This document shows positions 36,067 to 45,438 of a stretch of DNA of 64,000 nt, piece by piece. The first letter of the stretch is position 1. Each line of letters begins with the position of its first letter. The stretch is from positions 17,575-81,574 of IMG/VR virus record IMGVR_UViG_3300034410_000474; one strand, given 5' to 3'. This DNA comes from a virus (lineage: Duplodnaviria; Caudoviricetes). A program made the position numbers and the translations under genes. The notes beneath the pieces were generated by a model. The model was not told where the DNA came from, searched no databases, and saw nothing but the letters and a program-made list of their open reading frames with translations.

Positions 36067-37028
36067 CCCTTATTTTCAGCGACAGCCTTTTCTCTTAGGA
36101 GTTTAGTCCATAGATGACCGAAGGTGTCGATGTCGTTAGGGACAAGACCAAATTTGTCTGATCTTGTAAACCGGTTAAAGAATTGAGGATCGTTCTTCTG
36201 AGCCTCGAGTATACTTTTACCGACTGCATAAGCCATTGAAGCATGAGCTGTTGGATCTTCGGTATAGTCATACATAATTGTAGCATTACTTGCTGTTTCA
36301 GCGAGTGCGCCATAATTTGGATGAATACATATCAATCCAGATCGTATTGCTTCAATCAACGCGATACACGATGTTTCTTTCCATATGTTAGGATATAAGA
36401 ATACGTGCGAGTTATCTAATGCTTTAAGTACCTGATCGTTAGGAACAGAACCGTGATACGTCATCTTTGGATGATTGTGTATCTCTGTAAACAATTTAAC
36501 GTATGGATCGTCTCTTTGAGGCCAACCATAGATAGCAAATGATGAATACACGTCGAGATGAATATTATCATATTCTTTTGTGAGTGCGTCAAATGCTGGT
36601 ACTAAAAGTTCTAAACCACGATGTGGAGTAGTGTGATAGATAAATCTAATTGTTTCCGTATTCTTTTCTTCTGCTTCATAACGCTTTTCAATAGCATTAG
36701 GAATAACCGAACATTTAGAATATGGAATTTGAAAGTACGTAATGTACTGATCACGTTGCCATGCTGTAACAAAAACAAAGTGATCGAATTTCTTCCATCC
36801 ACCGTCTTGTAAGATCGCATTTTCAGGATCTTCAGCAAGGTCGTGACAATACATTATATTAAGAACGTCTTCAGGAATATCCCTTGGACGCGAAAAATGA
36901 ATTGCAAACCCATTTAGCAATTCTGGTTGAACGGTGTCGAGAAGACGCTTTCGCATCATCTCGGTACCACCCTTTGAATTTTTAGATAGTTCGGTCTCTA
37001 CGACGTCACCATTGTAAATCATGCTCAT
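36063..37028 (-). CDS. Glycosyltransferase, GT-B fold (GT4-like)
   Basis: GGTE, IPNAI, YHTTPHRGL..L, ETSCIALIEA, GALAET. Confidence 0.88.
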   Translation of the reverse strand: MSMIYNGDVVETELSKNSKGGTEMMRKRLLDTVQPELLNGFAIHFSRPRDIPEDVLNIMYCHDLAEDPENAILQDGGWKKFDHFVFVTAWQRDQYITYFQIPYSKCSVIPNAIEKRYEAEEKNTETIRFIYHTTPHRGLELLVPAFDALTKEYDNIHLDVYSSFAIYGWPQRDDPYVKLFTEIHNHPKMTYHGSVPNDQVLKALDNSHVFLYPNIWKETSCIALIEAIRSGLICIHPNYGALAETASNATIMYDYTEDPTAHASMAYAVGKSILEAQKNDPQFFNRFTRSDKFGLVPNDIDTFGHLWTKLLREKAVAENKG

Positions 37029-37031
37029 TTA

Positions 37032-37298
37032 TTACTCCACTTGAAAGCTTTTCAAAGAGTCCCAGCGGAATGAGCGCCATCCAGGTGCATTTACATCATA
37101 CACAGCTAGAACACTTGGGTTAGGTTTTTTAGGTGCCGGTGGCGTTTCACCTTCGGCAAGTACTTTTTCTACTACTGCTGGCAGAAGATCTGCTTTAAGT
37201 GTAGCCTGCATTACACGCTCATCGCCATTTACTTTTGTAAAGGTAATTGAACAAACTCCGTTATGGAGGGCAGTTTTGATTTCATCTTGATTTAACAT
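37032..37298 (-). CDS. SH3/WYL-like beta-barrel protein (DUF2693-type)
   Basis: ITFTKVNGDER.M.ATL, VYDV...WRSFR.DS. Confidence 0.8.
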   Translation of the reverse strand: MLNQDEIKTALHNGVCSITFTKVNGDERVMQATLKADLLPAVVEKVLAEGETPPAPKKPNPSVLAVYDVNAPGWRSFRWDSLKSFQVE

Positions 37299-37308
37299 AG
37301 TATAGCTC

Positions 37309-37935
37309 CTATTTCACATTAATATTTATTTCATTTTCATAGATCTCTTCTAGAGCTTCATTGAAGTCTTTAAGAGTTGAGTTATTGTGTACTCTATATG
37401 ATATTACATCAAACTTATGAGGAAGTACATACTTTTTTTCAACTTGTGTTGGTTTATTTAGTATATATTCTTTAGTTATGTTACCATCAAAGTATCTACG
37501 AGAGTCAGACGAGAAGTCGTGACCTTCACGGGTAAGTTGTACTAGGCGAAAGTTTTTATTGCCAACTTTTTCAACTACCGGTAATAACTCATCGATAAAG
37601 CCGCCATCAGAAATTGCATAGTCTTTCGATAAATCAATTTCATCTGCTACGAGTTTACCAAAGTAATCTAAACCCATACGAGGTTTGATCTTTTCTTCTG
37701 AAACATAGATCATTGCCTCGCGACAGGACATGTTTCCAAGCCAATACGTTGGAACTTCTTTTAAAGAACGATCATTATATCGTTCCATAAACCATTCCGA
37801 TCCAACATTAAAGTACTTAATTGTTTCTTTAAATAGCTGATACTTGAACGAAAGGTGTTTATATCCTTTAGCTTTAAAGTAATCAGCAGCGTGGTCTTTT
37901 CCACAGGCCGGTGGCCCATTAAACAGTACAATCAA
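37309..37935 (-). CDS. Deoxynucleoside monophosphate kinase-like protein (gp1-like)
   Basis: NGPPACGKD, SFK..L, REA.I..SE..KP..G..YFG, ISDGGF..E. Confidence 0.75.
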   Translation of the reverse strand: MIVLFNGPPACGKDHAADYFKAKGYKHLSFKYQLFKETIKYFNVGSEWFMERYNDRSLKEVPTYWLGNMSCREAMIYVSEEKIKPRMGLDYFGKLVADEIDLSKDYAISDGGFIDELLPVVEKVGNKNFRLVQLTREGHDFSSDSRRYFDGNITKEYILNKPTQVEKKYVLPHKFDVISYRVHNNSTLKDFNEALEEIYENEININVK

Positions 37936-37937
37936 AC

Positions 37938-38183
37938 TTAGGCTCCAAACTTATCATTAACTATTGCTTGCAATTCAGTTGAAAAAGCATTTTTGAGCTC
38001 AGAGTCAGTTATACCAACCATAATAAAGTCTCGATCAGAGGAGGTTAGATAAGGCATAGCATCAGCCATAGAACATGCACCACTTTCATATAGTGCTAGA
38101 TCTTTTGGATCAACTGAAATGTTTCTTGTACGGGATTTACCGGTAAGAACGCTTTTACGAGTTACAATCATAATATTCTCCAT
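37938..38183 (-). CDS. Hypothetical protein
   Basis: R.S.LTGK...AMP.L....R.FI..GIT pattern; promoter at 38210-38238. Confidence 0.65.
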   Translation of the reverse strand: MENIMIVTRKSVLTGKSRTRNISVDPKDLALYESGACSMADAMPYLTSSDRDFIMVGITDSELKNAFSTELQAIVNDKFGA

Positions 38184-38241
38184 TGAAAGATAATAAATTT
38201 ATATTATCTAATATAACATACATTCAGCAAAATGTCAACTG

Positions 38242-38652
38242 TTATTTTAAACTTTTTACGTGGTTCCTATGTATTTTACATTGGATGATACCGTTGTAAT
38301 AGTCGTCTCTTAACAAAACATCGTGCTCAAATTGATACTTGGCTTCTAAATAACCAAGTTCACCTTTACTTTTACATAAGGTTAAGATTTCACGGTGAAA
38401 ATTATCTGCACCTTTTTCCTCAACCATCAATTTAACTTCTTCAGAAGACCCATAGTATTTTTGCCAATCGGTTTCTTTTACTACAGTTCTTCGTCTTTTC
38501 TTACCTTTAAGCGGTGGTAACTTTCTTTTTGATGTAAGTAATTTCTTACCCACATATTTCATGTCGTTTGATCGATCAGTGATAAGGTAAACAAACCCTA
38601 CCCAATCTTCAATCATTTCAGAGGTGAATTCCTCACCTTGGTACAACCACAT
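38242..38652 (-). CDS. GIY-YIG-family endonuclease (single domain)
   Basis: GFVYLIT...KYVGKK, DWQKYYGSS, REIL, E..YQF, YYNG. Confidence 0.8.
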   Translation of the reverse strand: MWLYQGEEFTSEMIEDWVGFVYLITDRSNDMKYVGKKLLTSKRKLPPLKGKKRRRTVVKETDWQKYYGSSEEVKLMVEEKGADNFHREILTLCKSKGELGYLEAKYQFEHDVLLRDDYYNGIIQCKIHRNHVKSLK

Positions 38653-38655
38653 AGC

Positions 38656-38689
38656 AACTCCATAGTTTATTCATATAGAGTTATTTATA
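38656..38689 (-). promoter_or_regulatory. Late promoter overlapping an SD-sequestering hairpin
   Basis: TATAAATA then AACTCTATA-TGAATAAAC-TATGGAGTT with GGAG in the 3' arm. Confidence 0.8.
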
Positions 38690-38690
38690 G

Positions 38691-38879
38691 TCAGTAACCA
38701 CCGCTCTTAAACCAGCCTTTCCCTTTGAGTGCAAACCCACCGCTTTCGGAAGGTTTAATTACTTTCTTTAATTCCTTTGCCTTACATTCTGGACAATCTT
38801 TAAGTGGATCATCGCTGATCCTTTGAAGTATATCAAATTCATGTCCGCACTTTTTACATTCATATGAATATGTTGGCAT
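38691..38879 (-). CDS. FmdB-family zinc-ribbon protein
   Basis: MPTYSYECKKCGHEF...CPEC...LKG.GWF. Confidence 0.9.
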   Translation of the reverse strand: MPTYSYECKKCGHEFDILQRISDDPLKDCPECKAKELKKVIKPSESGGFALKGKGWFKSGGY

Positions 38880-38886
38880 AAGTCTC

Positions 38887-40026
38887 CTATTGCAGTACGT
38901 CTACAATTACTTGAGCGATTTCTTTAAATCGTGCTTCATCATATCCACGAGTAGTTTCAGCTGCAGTTCCGATACGAATACCACTTGTTTCCATAAAGGA
39001 ACGAGGATCGTCTGGTACTCCGTTTTTATTTACTGTAATACCAACTGCTTCCAATCTATCTGCAGCTTCACGACCACTATATTTGCTTTCACTTAAATCC
39101 ATTAAGATGATATGACTATCAGTACCACCAGTTAAAACTTTGAAACCGTATTTATTGAATACATCACACATTGCTTGAGCGTTCTTAACTACTTGGGCTG
39201 CATAATTATTAAAATCTAAATTAGAAGCTTCGATAAAACACTGAGCCTTTGCTGCAATGATATGCATCAATGGACCGCCTTGCGTGCCTGGGAAAATAGC
39301 ACTATTAATTTTACGTGTATAGTCTTTATTGTTCCACAGAATGATCCCACCACGAGGGCCTCGCAGTGTTTTATGTGTAGTTGATGTAACAACATCTGCA
39401 TAAGGAATTGGACTATCATATACTCCACCGGCAATAAGACCAGAATAGTGAGCCATATCGACGAGTAGCATTGCGCCTACTTCATCAGCAATTTCTCTAA
39501 ACTTTGCCCAATCAATTTGTCGAGGATATGCACTTGCTCCAGCAATAATCATTTTAGGTTCAAGCTCAATAGCTTCTTCTCTAATTTCATCATAGTCAAG
39601 ATAGCCGTTTGCATCTACTCCATATGTGTATGAACTAAACCAAGCACCTGATACATTTACTTCAGCACCATGCGATAAGTGTCCACCACTTGCAAGATCC
39701 ATACCGAGTACTTTATCGCCAGGATTCAAAAATGCTTTAAATACAGCAAGATTAGCGTTTGCTCCAGAGTGTGGTTGTACATTTGCATAATTGCATCCAA
39801 ACAATTCGCATACTGTATCGATTGCTAATGTTTCAATACTATCTGTATTTTCACATCCATTATAGTACCTACGTCCAGGATAGCCTTCAGCGTATTTGTT
39901 AGTAAAGATACTACCAGACAATTCCATAACAGCTTCACTTGCAAAGTTTTCACTTGCAATAAGCTCTACAGTTTCTGATTGTCTAGCAGATTCTTTTGCT
40001 AGAATTTCTAGAATTCTATTATCCAT
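38887..40026 (-). CDS. glyA: Serine hydroxymethyltransferase
   Basis: ELIASENF, NKYAEGYPGRRYY, NVQPHSG, GGHLSHG, TTHKTLRGPRGG, FPGTQGGP, GIRIGT. Confidence 0.97.
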   Translation of the reverse strand: MDNRILEILAKESARQSETVELIASENFASEAVMELSGSIFTNKYAEGYPGRRYYNGCENTDSIETLAIDTVCELFGCNYANVQPHSGANANLAVFKAFLNPGDKVLGMDLASGGHLSHGAEVNVSGAWFSSYTYGVDANGYLDYDEIREEAIELEPKMIIAGASAYPRQIDWAKFREIADEVGAMLLVDMAHYSGLIAGGVYDSPIPYADVVTSTTHKTLRGPRGGIILWNNKDYTRKINSAIFPGTQGGPLMHIIAAKAQCFIEASNLDFNNYAAQVVKNAQAMCDVFNKYGFKVLTGGTDSHIILMDLSESKYSGREAADRLEAVGITVNKNGVPDDPRSFMETSGIRIGTAAETTRGYDEARFKEIAQVIVDVLQ

Positions 40027-40031
40027 TATTA

Positions 40032-41153
40032 TTAATCCTCTCGTTGTCCGAAACCCCAGTCAATAACAACTGGGAACCTTGGTATGCCATCAGGCGTTAA
40101 TTGAAAGTAACGTAATGTTGCCCAATCAGGCGATACACCTGACTCGAATAATGACGCCATTACAGTTTGATTGCCTCTTACGCCAGCTCCAAACTCTTCG
40201 CCATCTTTTTCTAAGACGAATCGTTTGATATGACCGGCCCAATTGCCTTTTCCTTCTTCTACCCTTAGAACATTAAATTCTTCAGTGATAAATTCTTTTC
40301 GTTTTAAAAGAGTTTTTGATCTTTTATTTTGTTGATACGGATCGTTAGTACGTATCATTTGACCTTCATATCCATCTTCAGTATATTCACCGTATAACTC
40401 GTCCATTTGTTCTTGATTTGAAATAGAACGGGTTGATACACAATGGATATGATCGAGATCACCCACAGATCTTATAGAACTAATACGCTTTTTAAATACA
40501 GCTTTTTCTGTAACAAGATCATATACGTGATATTCAACTAAACCTTTAGCCTCGATAATATCTTCTGGCTTTGGTTTACTCTTACGAACTAATGATGTGA
40601 TCTTATTAAAATTATCTTTAAGATCATGATTGTATAATTCACCATCAAGTATTGCGCCTGGATTGCGATAAAAATAAGGCTTTAAAGCTTCGTGGATATG
40701 TGGTACGCCAAGTATCTCTTTACCTGAACGAGACCATAATCCATCAGCTCTTGCAATACAACGAATGCCATCAAGTTTTGGTTGAGAAAAATATTCATTG
40801 TTATCCCAATCAAACTTAGCATCTTCGTATTTTGCTGCCAACATTGGCTTAACTTTTTCGAAGTTATCAATTTCTTCTATATTACGAAAATAACCACGTT
40901 CAAGTTTCTTTTTAAAGTCTGCCAACATTTCAAGTTCGGCTTGTTGTTGCAAAGATGTTTCATTGGCTTTACCAATATTCTTTTGCTCTACAATTTTCCA
41001 ACCGGACTCAACCTGTTTGCCTTCTTGTAAACCAGCAATGGCTCTCCAATAGTAGTTACCTTCACTTTCACTTACTTCACCACGCCACATTCGAACTCCA
41101 CCTTTAGAGTCTCGTTTGTAGAGTGGCGCTGTTCCTGCAATAATATTATTCAT
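40032..41153 (-). CDS. lig: ATP-dependent DNA ligase
   Basis: KPMLA, QPKLDGIRC, LDGELY, YEGQMIR, LLKRKEF, GIPRFP. Confidence 0.93.
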   Translation of the reverse strand: MNNIIAGTAPLYKRDSKGGVRMWRGEVSESEGNYYWRAIAGLQEGKQVESGWKIVEQKNIGKANETSLQQQAELEMLADFKKKLERGYFRNIEEIDNFEKVKPMLAAKYEDAKFDWDNNEYFSQPKLDGIRCIARADGLWSRSGKEILGVPHIHEALKPYFYRNPGAILDGELYNHDLKDNFNKITSLVRKSKPKPEDIIEAKGLVEYHVYDLVTEKAVFKKRISSIRSVGDLDHIHCVSTRSISNQEQMDELYGEYTEDGYEGQMIRTNDPYQQNKRSKTLLKRKEFITEEFNVLRVEEGKGNWAGHIKRFVLEKDGEEFGAGVRGNQTVMASLFESGVSPDWATLRYFQLTPDGIPRFPVVIDWGFGQRED

Positions 41154-41596
41154 TAGCGCCTCATATTTGCTATGTCTTTTGCTTGTTCTGTTCCTCGCAT
41201 GATTGGAACTGCGTTTGATTTGTGCATTGTTCCGATTCCGACAATAAGATCTCCGGTATATTTTGGGTTTTCTTTGAGTCTTCCAGAACCTGGAACTGTA
41301 TCCGACGTCTTGAGCGTTGGTGCGCTTGGATACTGCGTCGTGTTGCGGACATACGATTGTGGCGGGACATAGGGTTTAAATTCCTTCTTTTTGGGTTTAT
41401 ATTCTCCAAAGACGTATGACATATAGTCACTAAATTCTTTGAACTGTAAATCGTGCATATGCTTTCTTCGCATAGCTTTATTATGTTGACGCCACTTAAC
41501 TTCCATATCGGACAGTTGCTTCTGGGTAAGCTTACGCCTACCTTTCTTCGTCGATTTTCCGTGTATTTGTACACCTTTAATCATATGCATTGACAT
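41153..41596 (-). CDS. Conserved T4-like phage hypothetical protein
   Basis: YTG..I.GIGTMHKSNAVPI. Confidence 0.75.
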   Translation of the reverse strand: MSMHMIKGVQIHGKSTKKGRRKLTQKQLSDMEVKWRQHNKAMRRKHMHDLQFKEFSDYMSYVFGEYKPKKKEFKPYVPPQSYVRNTTQYPSAPTLKTSDTVPGSGRLKENPKYTGDLIVGIGTMHKSNAVPIMRGTEQAKDIANMRR

Positions 41597-41631
41597 GATA
41601 AAGACCTCGCTTTCTTCATAATATAGATACC

Positions 41632-41660
41632 ATTATACAACAAAGGCTGACAAATGTCAA
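41632..41660 (-). promoter_or_regulatory. Early sigma70-type promoter
   Basis: TTGACA-N17-TATAAT. Confidence 0.88.
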
Positions 41661-41669
41661 CCTTTATTT

Positions 41670-41927
41670 TTACAAACTGTAACCAGTTCCGGTATATCCC
41701 GTGTCTTCAACATATTTGATGAGTTCATTATATCCACCAATATGTTCAGAGTTAACGAATATCTGAGGTACACTTCTTACTGTACCTGTTGCTCTATCCA
41801 TTAGCTCATTTAAAGTATCTTGACTGATACCAACATCTTTATATTCGAACTTTAATTGTCGTTCTTTTGCAAACGCTTTTGCTTTTGTGCAAAAACCACA
41901 GTTTGCTTTACCGTAAATTGTAATCAT
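41670..41927 (-). CDS. nrdC: Glutaredoxin (NrdC-like)
   Basis: CGFC, SVPQIF, IGGYNEL. Confidence 0.92.
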   Translation of the reverse strand: MITIYGKANCGFCTKAKAFAKERQLKFEYKDVGISQDTLNELMDRATGTVRSVPQIFVNSEHIGGYNELIKYVEDTGYTGTGYSL

Positions 41928-42154
41928 TCTTTATCTCCTAAAATATATGCTCCCTCTGGTAGTTTAAAGGAAGTCAAAAACATGTGCATCATTTGTGGCG
42001 ACATGACTATGTAGTGATGTCTATCGAGATCGTGATCCCATTGTCTTAAATAGACAACATCATCGTACATAATACATTGAAAATCTTCATATTCCGCCGT
42101 GGGATCTAAAACGGTTATAGCAGTTTCGTCCCACTCCATCTCTACTGTAAACAA
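41924..42154 (-). CDS. Hypothetical protein
   Basis: Coupled ORF. Confidence 0.6.
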   Translation of the reverse strand: MFTVEMEWDETAITVLDPTAEYEDFQCIMYDDVVYLRQWDHDLDRHHYIVMSPQMMHMFLTSFKLPEGAYILGDKE

Positions 42155-42349
42155 TCAAATCCATCCTAACTTTGTTGCGTTGTGGATTATGATCATAAAG
42201 CATGTTGCAATATGTACTGTCCACCAAAACGTTCTTATTATTGCGACAACATCAGCTTGCCTATCAGATTCTCCTACTTTTTCTCCTAAGCTCTGTGCCC
42301 ATATACGCCACCATTTATTCAGTCTCTTCTTAATCCCAAAGTCCTTCAT
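42155..42349 (-). CDS. Small membrane protein
   Basis: WRIWAQSLGEK...AD.VA.IRT pattern. Confidence 0.6.
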   Translation of the reverse strand: MKDFGIKKRLNKWWRIWAQSLGEKVGESDRQADVVAIIRTFWWTVHIATCFMIIIHNATKLGWI

Positions 42350-42944
42350 AGTATTTTCCAAACAATTTAAAACCATTTGACATTCTTTTTTGATGAGCTT
42401 TTCTGCCTTTCTCGTCAGCTCTAATCAGCCTCAAACCAAATGCCCCCGTCTCGTCTTCGCCGTAATCGTAGTAATCTTCTAACCAATCATCTCTACATTT
42501 TTGTTCAAACGCCCAGATCATTTCATCAAGTACATATTCCCACCTATCATGATGAAACTCATCAGTATCGTTTGCGTTTTCTATTGCTTTAGCACTTGTT
42601 GATTTAAGTCTTTTTGGAACATCAACATCGTCCACATGTGGAGAACCATGCTTAGTTTCTTTTAATTGAATTAACATTGGTAGTATAATATGAGATAAAG
42701 TACTGTCCATACTCCAAGTATCTTGTGGATCAATTGTTACACTAACCTTCTGTTTTCTTCTATCAAACCATATACGATTAAAGAAATTATATACATCTTG
42801 ATAGAGTTTGTCAACGGCTTCCATATAATAATCTGCAAAGTCACCTTTGTCAGGCCATTGATTAAAACCATATTTATTATTCATATGCTTTTCATACATT
42901 GTGCTAGTTAATCTACTAGGATATTTACCAATCTTAATTTTCAT
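42330..42944 (-). CDS. Conserved phage hypothetical protein
   Basis: DTWSMDSTLSHII.PML..L, W.YVLDEMIWAFE, LFGKYY.GLWD. Confidence 0.8.
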   Translation of the reverse strand: MKIKIGKYPSRLTSTMYEKHMNNKYGFNQWPDKGDFADYYMEAVDKLYQDVYNFFNRIWFDRRKQKVSVTIDPQDTWSMDSTLSHIILPMLIQLKETKHGSPHVDDVDVPKRLKSTSAKAIENANDTDEFHHDRWEYVLDEMIWAFEQKCRDDWLEDYYDYGEDETGAFGLRLIRADEKGRKAHQKRMSNGFKLFGKYYEGLWD

Positions 42945-42946
42945 TT

Positions 42947-43654
42947 TTACCCTGCCGTGTCGGCCATTTGTGTAAGTTTATTATATGTGTCACGCCAATC
43001 TTTTACGTGATAATTCTTTCCACGTTTGTTTGCTTTTGCCAGTGGATAGTCATTACCGCCTGGCTCCATTTTGTCTCCAAAGAAACGAATATCATCGTCT
43101 TCATTAAAGTCTTCTAAAATTTGTCTTTTGTCGCCGCCAGTTCTACCGATATCTATACCAGTTTCACCACCAACAGTTGCGGTAATATTTTCGAATTCAG
43201 AATTAATTTGATATGCAATACTCTCGCGTTCACGGTTTAATTCATCATACTTAACATATTCAGCTCTTTCATCCATAGTCGCATTACGACCAACTATAGA
43301 AAAGTTCCACATACCTCTTCTTTTTTCGATATGATTACCTGTTCTAAGAGGAAATAAACTTGCTTGCAACCAACCAAGTAATAAATTCTCTAAGTCTTTT
43401 GGTGCAGTAAACGACTTAGTGTTAACCCGTTTACCGCGATGCCATACGTCATTACCTTGACAGTTATAGCAAGTTACTACGTTTTCGCATATCTCTGGAC
43501 CAAGCTGCTCGAGTGTTTTATCGTAGTCACTACCAGTAACTAACCAAACACTATTTTTGCTTATAAAGTCTACAAACCATAATCTAAATTCTTCGTCAAT
43601 TCTACTTCTGCTTGGTGTAAGTGTTCCATCGACGTCGAAAACGTATCTTATCAT
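42947..43654 (-). CDS. HAD-IIB (eukaryote-type) phosphomannomutase-like enzyme
   Basis: FDVDGTLTPSR, LVTGSD, HIEKR.GM.NFSI.GRN, GGETGIDI, FFGDKMEPGGNDYPL. Confidence 0.88.
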   Translation of the reverse strand: MIRYVFDVDGTLTPSRSRIDEEFRLWFVDFISKNSVWLVTGSDYDKTLEQLGPEICENVVTCYNCQGNDVWHRGKRVNTKSFTAPKDLENLLLGWLQASLFPLRTGNHIEKRRGMWNFSIVGRNATMDERAEYVKYDELNRERESIAYQINSEFENITATVGGETGIDIGRTGGDKRQILEDFNEDDDIRFFGDKMEPGGNDYPLAKANKRGKNYHVKDWRDTYNKLTQMADTAG

Positions 43655-43845
43655 ATTTCATCCGTTCTAATACACATCATTCCTACACCAGGTGTTGGTG
43701 GAGTATATTCTTGCATAATCAAGTAACCTGCAAATTCGCACGCTTCTCTAGACTCAAAAGCCTTTATTTTAGAATAGTGCATTGAGTCGTCGCCGCCTGA
43801 ATTAGACTGCAGAACGACTACTAAGAATAAAGTAAAATAACTCAT
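43651..43845 (-). CDS. Small exported protein
   Basis: N-terminal hydrophobic segment; F...E.C motif. Confidence 0.5.
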   Translation of the reverse strand: MSYFTLFLVVVLQSNSGGDDSMHYSKIKAFESREACEFAGYLIMQEYTPPTPGVGMMCIRTDEI

Positions 43846-44021
43846 TATTCATGTCCTGTCCAATGCTTTCTATCATGTGCTTTGCGAGCAAGTTGAGAAA
43901 ACCTTTCAGCCACACGACTGATAAGTTCATTGTTTTCCCTTGCTGCTAAGTTATGCAAGAAGCTTTCGAGTTCACCATCTTTTTTACGGATTTCAGTGGT
44001 ATCATAAATATCATTTTTCAT
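43845..44021 (-). CDS. 58-aa hypothetical protein (below cutoff)
   Basis: MKNDIYDTTEIRKKDGELESFLHNLAARENNELISRVAERFSQLARKAHDRKHWTGHE*, overlapping both neighbours. Confidence 0.55.
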   Translation of the reverse strand: MKNDIYDTTEIRKKDGELESFLHNLAARENNELISRVAERFSQLARKAHDRKHWTGHE

Positions 44022-44304
44022 AATTGATTCCTAACCAGTTTCCTATTTTTGTTTTTAACCAACCAGATTCTTGTTTAAGTACAAGACCATAATCAGTTAC
44101 TTTTAAAATCTCTTCACCAGCAACATTTATTGAAACATCATTATATGTTATATCGTCAATAGCATACGTATTAAGAGTTCCAATTTGCATGTTCATATTA
44201 TATGAGTAAGTAAGGCCGTTTTCGGTTCCTGAATAGTCTAAAGGTAATTCGATCTGCTCAGGATAGAGATCGTAAAATTTAAATTCCATTTGTTTATTAA
44301 ACAT
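44011..44304 (-). CDS. Hypothetical protein
   Basis: Start at 44304 preferred (short overlap with upstream stop). Confidence 0.5.
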   Translation of the reverse strand: MFNKQMEFKFYDLYPEQIELPLDYSGTENGLTYSYNMNMQIGTLNTYAIDDITYNDVSINVAGEEILKVTDYGLVLKQESGWLKTKIGNWLGINYEK

Positions 44305-44707
44305 GTTCGCATACCCTTTGTCTGAGATCGCTTGAACTAAATCTATGATCTCGTTTATTGAAATAGAGATCAATATCGCGTTTGCGGCAAATATCTTTAC
44401 CAGTAAACTCTTTATCTCTATACTCTTCTCCTAATATTCTAACATCAATATCGAGCATTGTCAATATGTCTTCGACATCTTTTTCACAATTATATGGAAT
44501 AATTTCATCAACATAACGAACACCATTAAGTTGTGTATAGCGTTCTACAATTGTTTGAACAGGAGCTTTTTTATCATCACGATCTTGACTTGGATCCATT
44601 TGTAATCCACAGATAAGATAATCACATTGAGATTTTGCTTCTCTTAACATCGATACATGTCCAGCATGTAATAGATCAAAGGTACTAAATGTAATCCCTA
44701 CAATCAT
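44297..44707 (-). CDS. Glycerol-3-phosphate cytidylyltransferase-like (TagD-like)
   Basis: TFSTFDLLHAGH, ERY.QL...YVDEIIPY, GEEY, FSSSDLR. Confidence 0.88.
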   Translation of the reverse strand: MIVGITFSTFDLLHAGHVSMLREAKSQCDYLICGLQMDPSQDRDDKKAPVQTIVERYTQLNGVRYVDEIIPYNCEKDVEDILTMLDIDVRILGEEYRDKEFTGKDICRKRDIDLYFNKRDHRFSSSDLRQRVCEHV

Positions 44708-45438
44708 GATTGAATCCTCTTATTATAATCTATTGCCTCACTAATAATAGACAAATCGCAACTTATTCTTTTTGCAGATTCGACTATGGCCGCAGTATCT
44801 TTTGGAAAGCAATGCCCACCAAAACCACGTTCATCGGTAACTTTACTGTGGCTGTCACCAATGCGCCTATCTTTAGTTATAAAACGAGCAACTTCGTGAT
44901 AGCTAATATCAGACTTTTCGCATAAATCATAAACTTGATTAAAGAAAGCAACTTTAGTAGCTAAGAAACTATTGCGCATATACTTAGCAACAATCAAAGC
45001 TTCAGGAGTTCCAACCTCTACATCTACATTAAGACGTTCAGCTAAAAGTGTACTCCAAAAAGAAATGTTACCACCACCAATATAAACAACGTCTTGATTC
45101 TTAAAATCTTCCAATGCATTTTGAGCACGTAAGAACTCAGGTGAAAATGTAATTGATCTATCAGGAAACATTCTTTGTATTTCAGACCAGCCTTCGAGAG
45201 ATATAGTACTTTTGATTAGAATAGGAGCATCAGGAGACATTTGTATTGCATCATAAACGTTCTCCATATAACATGCTCCGGTTCTACTTTCTGGAGTACT
45301 TACTGCAATAATTACAGCATCTGCATATTGATTAATATCTTTAGAACCTAATGCAGGATCATACACATGATAATCGTCCGAGAATGCTAATGCATGTGCT
45401 CTACCTACGAAACCATATCCAAAAATCTGTACCTTCAC
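44704..45438 (-). CDS. Short UDP-glucose/GDP-mannose dehydrogenase-family protein (probable GTG start)
   Basis: GYGFVG, IKST, SPEFLR, KY..NSFLATKV.FFN, GFGGHCFPKD; lacks usual C-terminal domain. Confidence 0.85.
   Translation of the reverse strand: MKVQIFGYGFVGRAHALAFSDDYHVYDPALGSKDINQYADAVIIAVSTPESRTGACYMENVYDAIQMSPDAPILIKSTISLEGWSEIQRMFPDRSITFSPEFLRAQNALEDFKNQDVVYIGGGNISFWSTLLAERLNVDVEVGTPEALIVAKYMRNSFLATKVAFFNQVYDLCEKSDISYHEVARFITKDRRIGDSHSKVTDERGFGGHCFPKDTAAIVESAKRISCDLSIISEAIDYNKRIQS

Noticed and set aside
36063-37028. GT4 as a T4-style DNA alpha-glucosyltransferase
   Set aside because: No hydroxymethylase or dCTPase seen in this window and thyA looks canonical; the substrate cannot be assigned from sequence, so DNA modification is not claimed (nor excluded).
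41170-41574. 134-aa alternate-frame ORF nested in 41153..41596
   Set aside because: The conserved MHKSNAVP motif and the SD belong to the other frame; no independent support.
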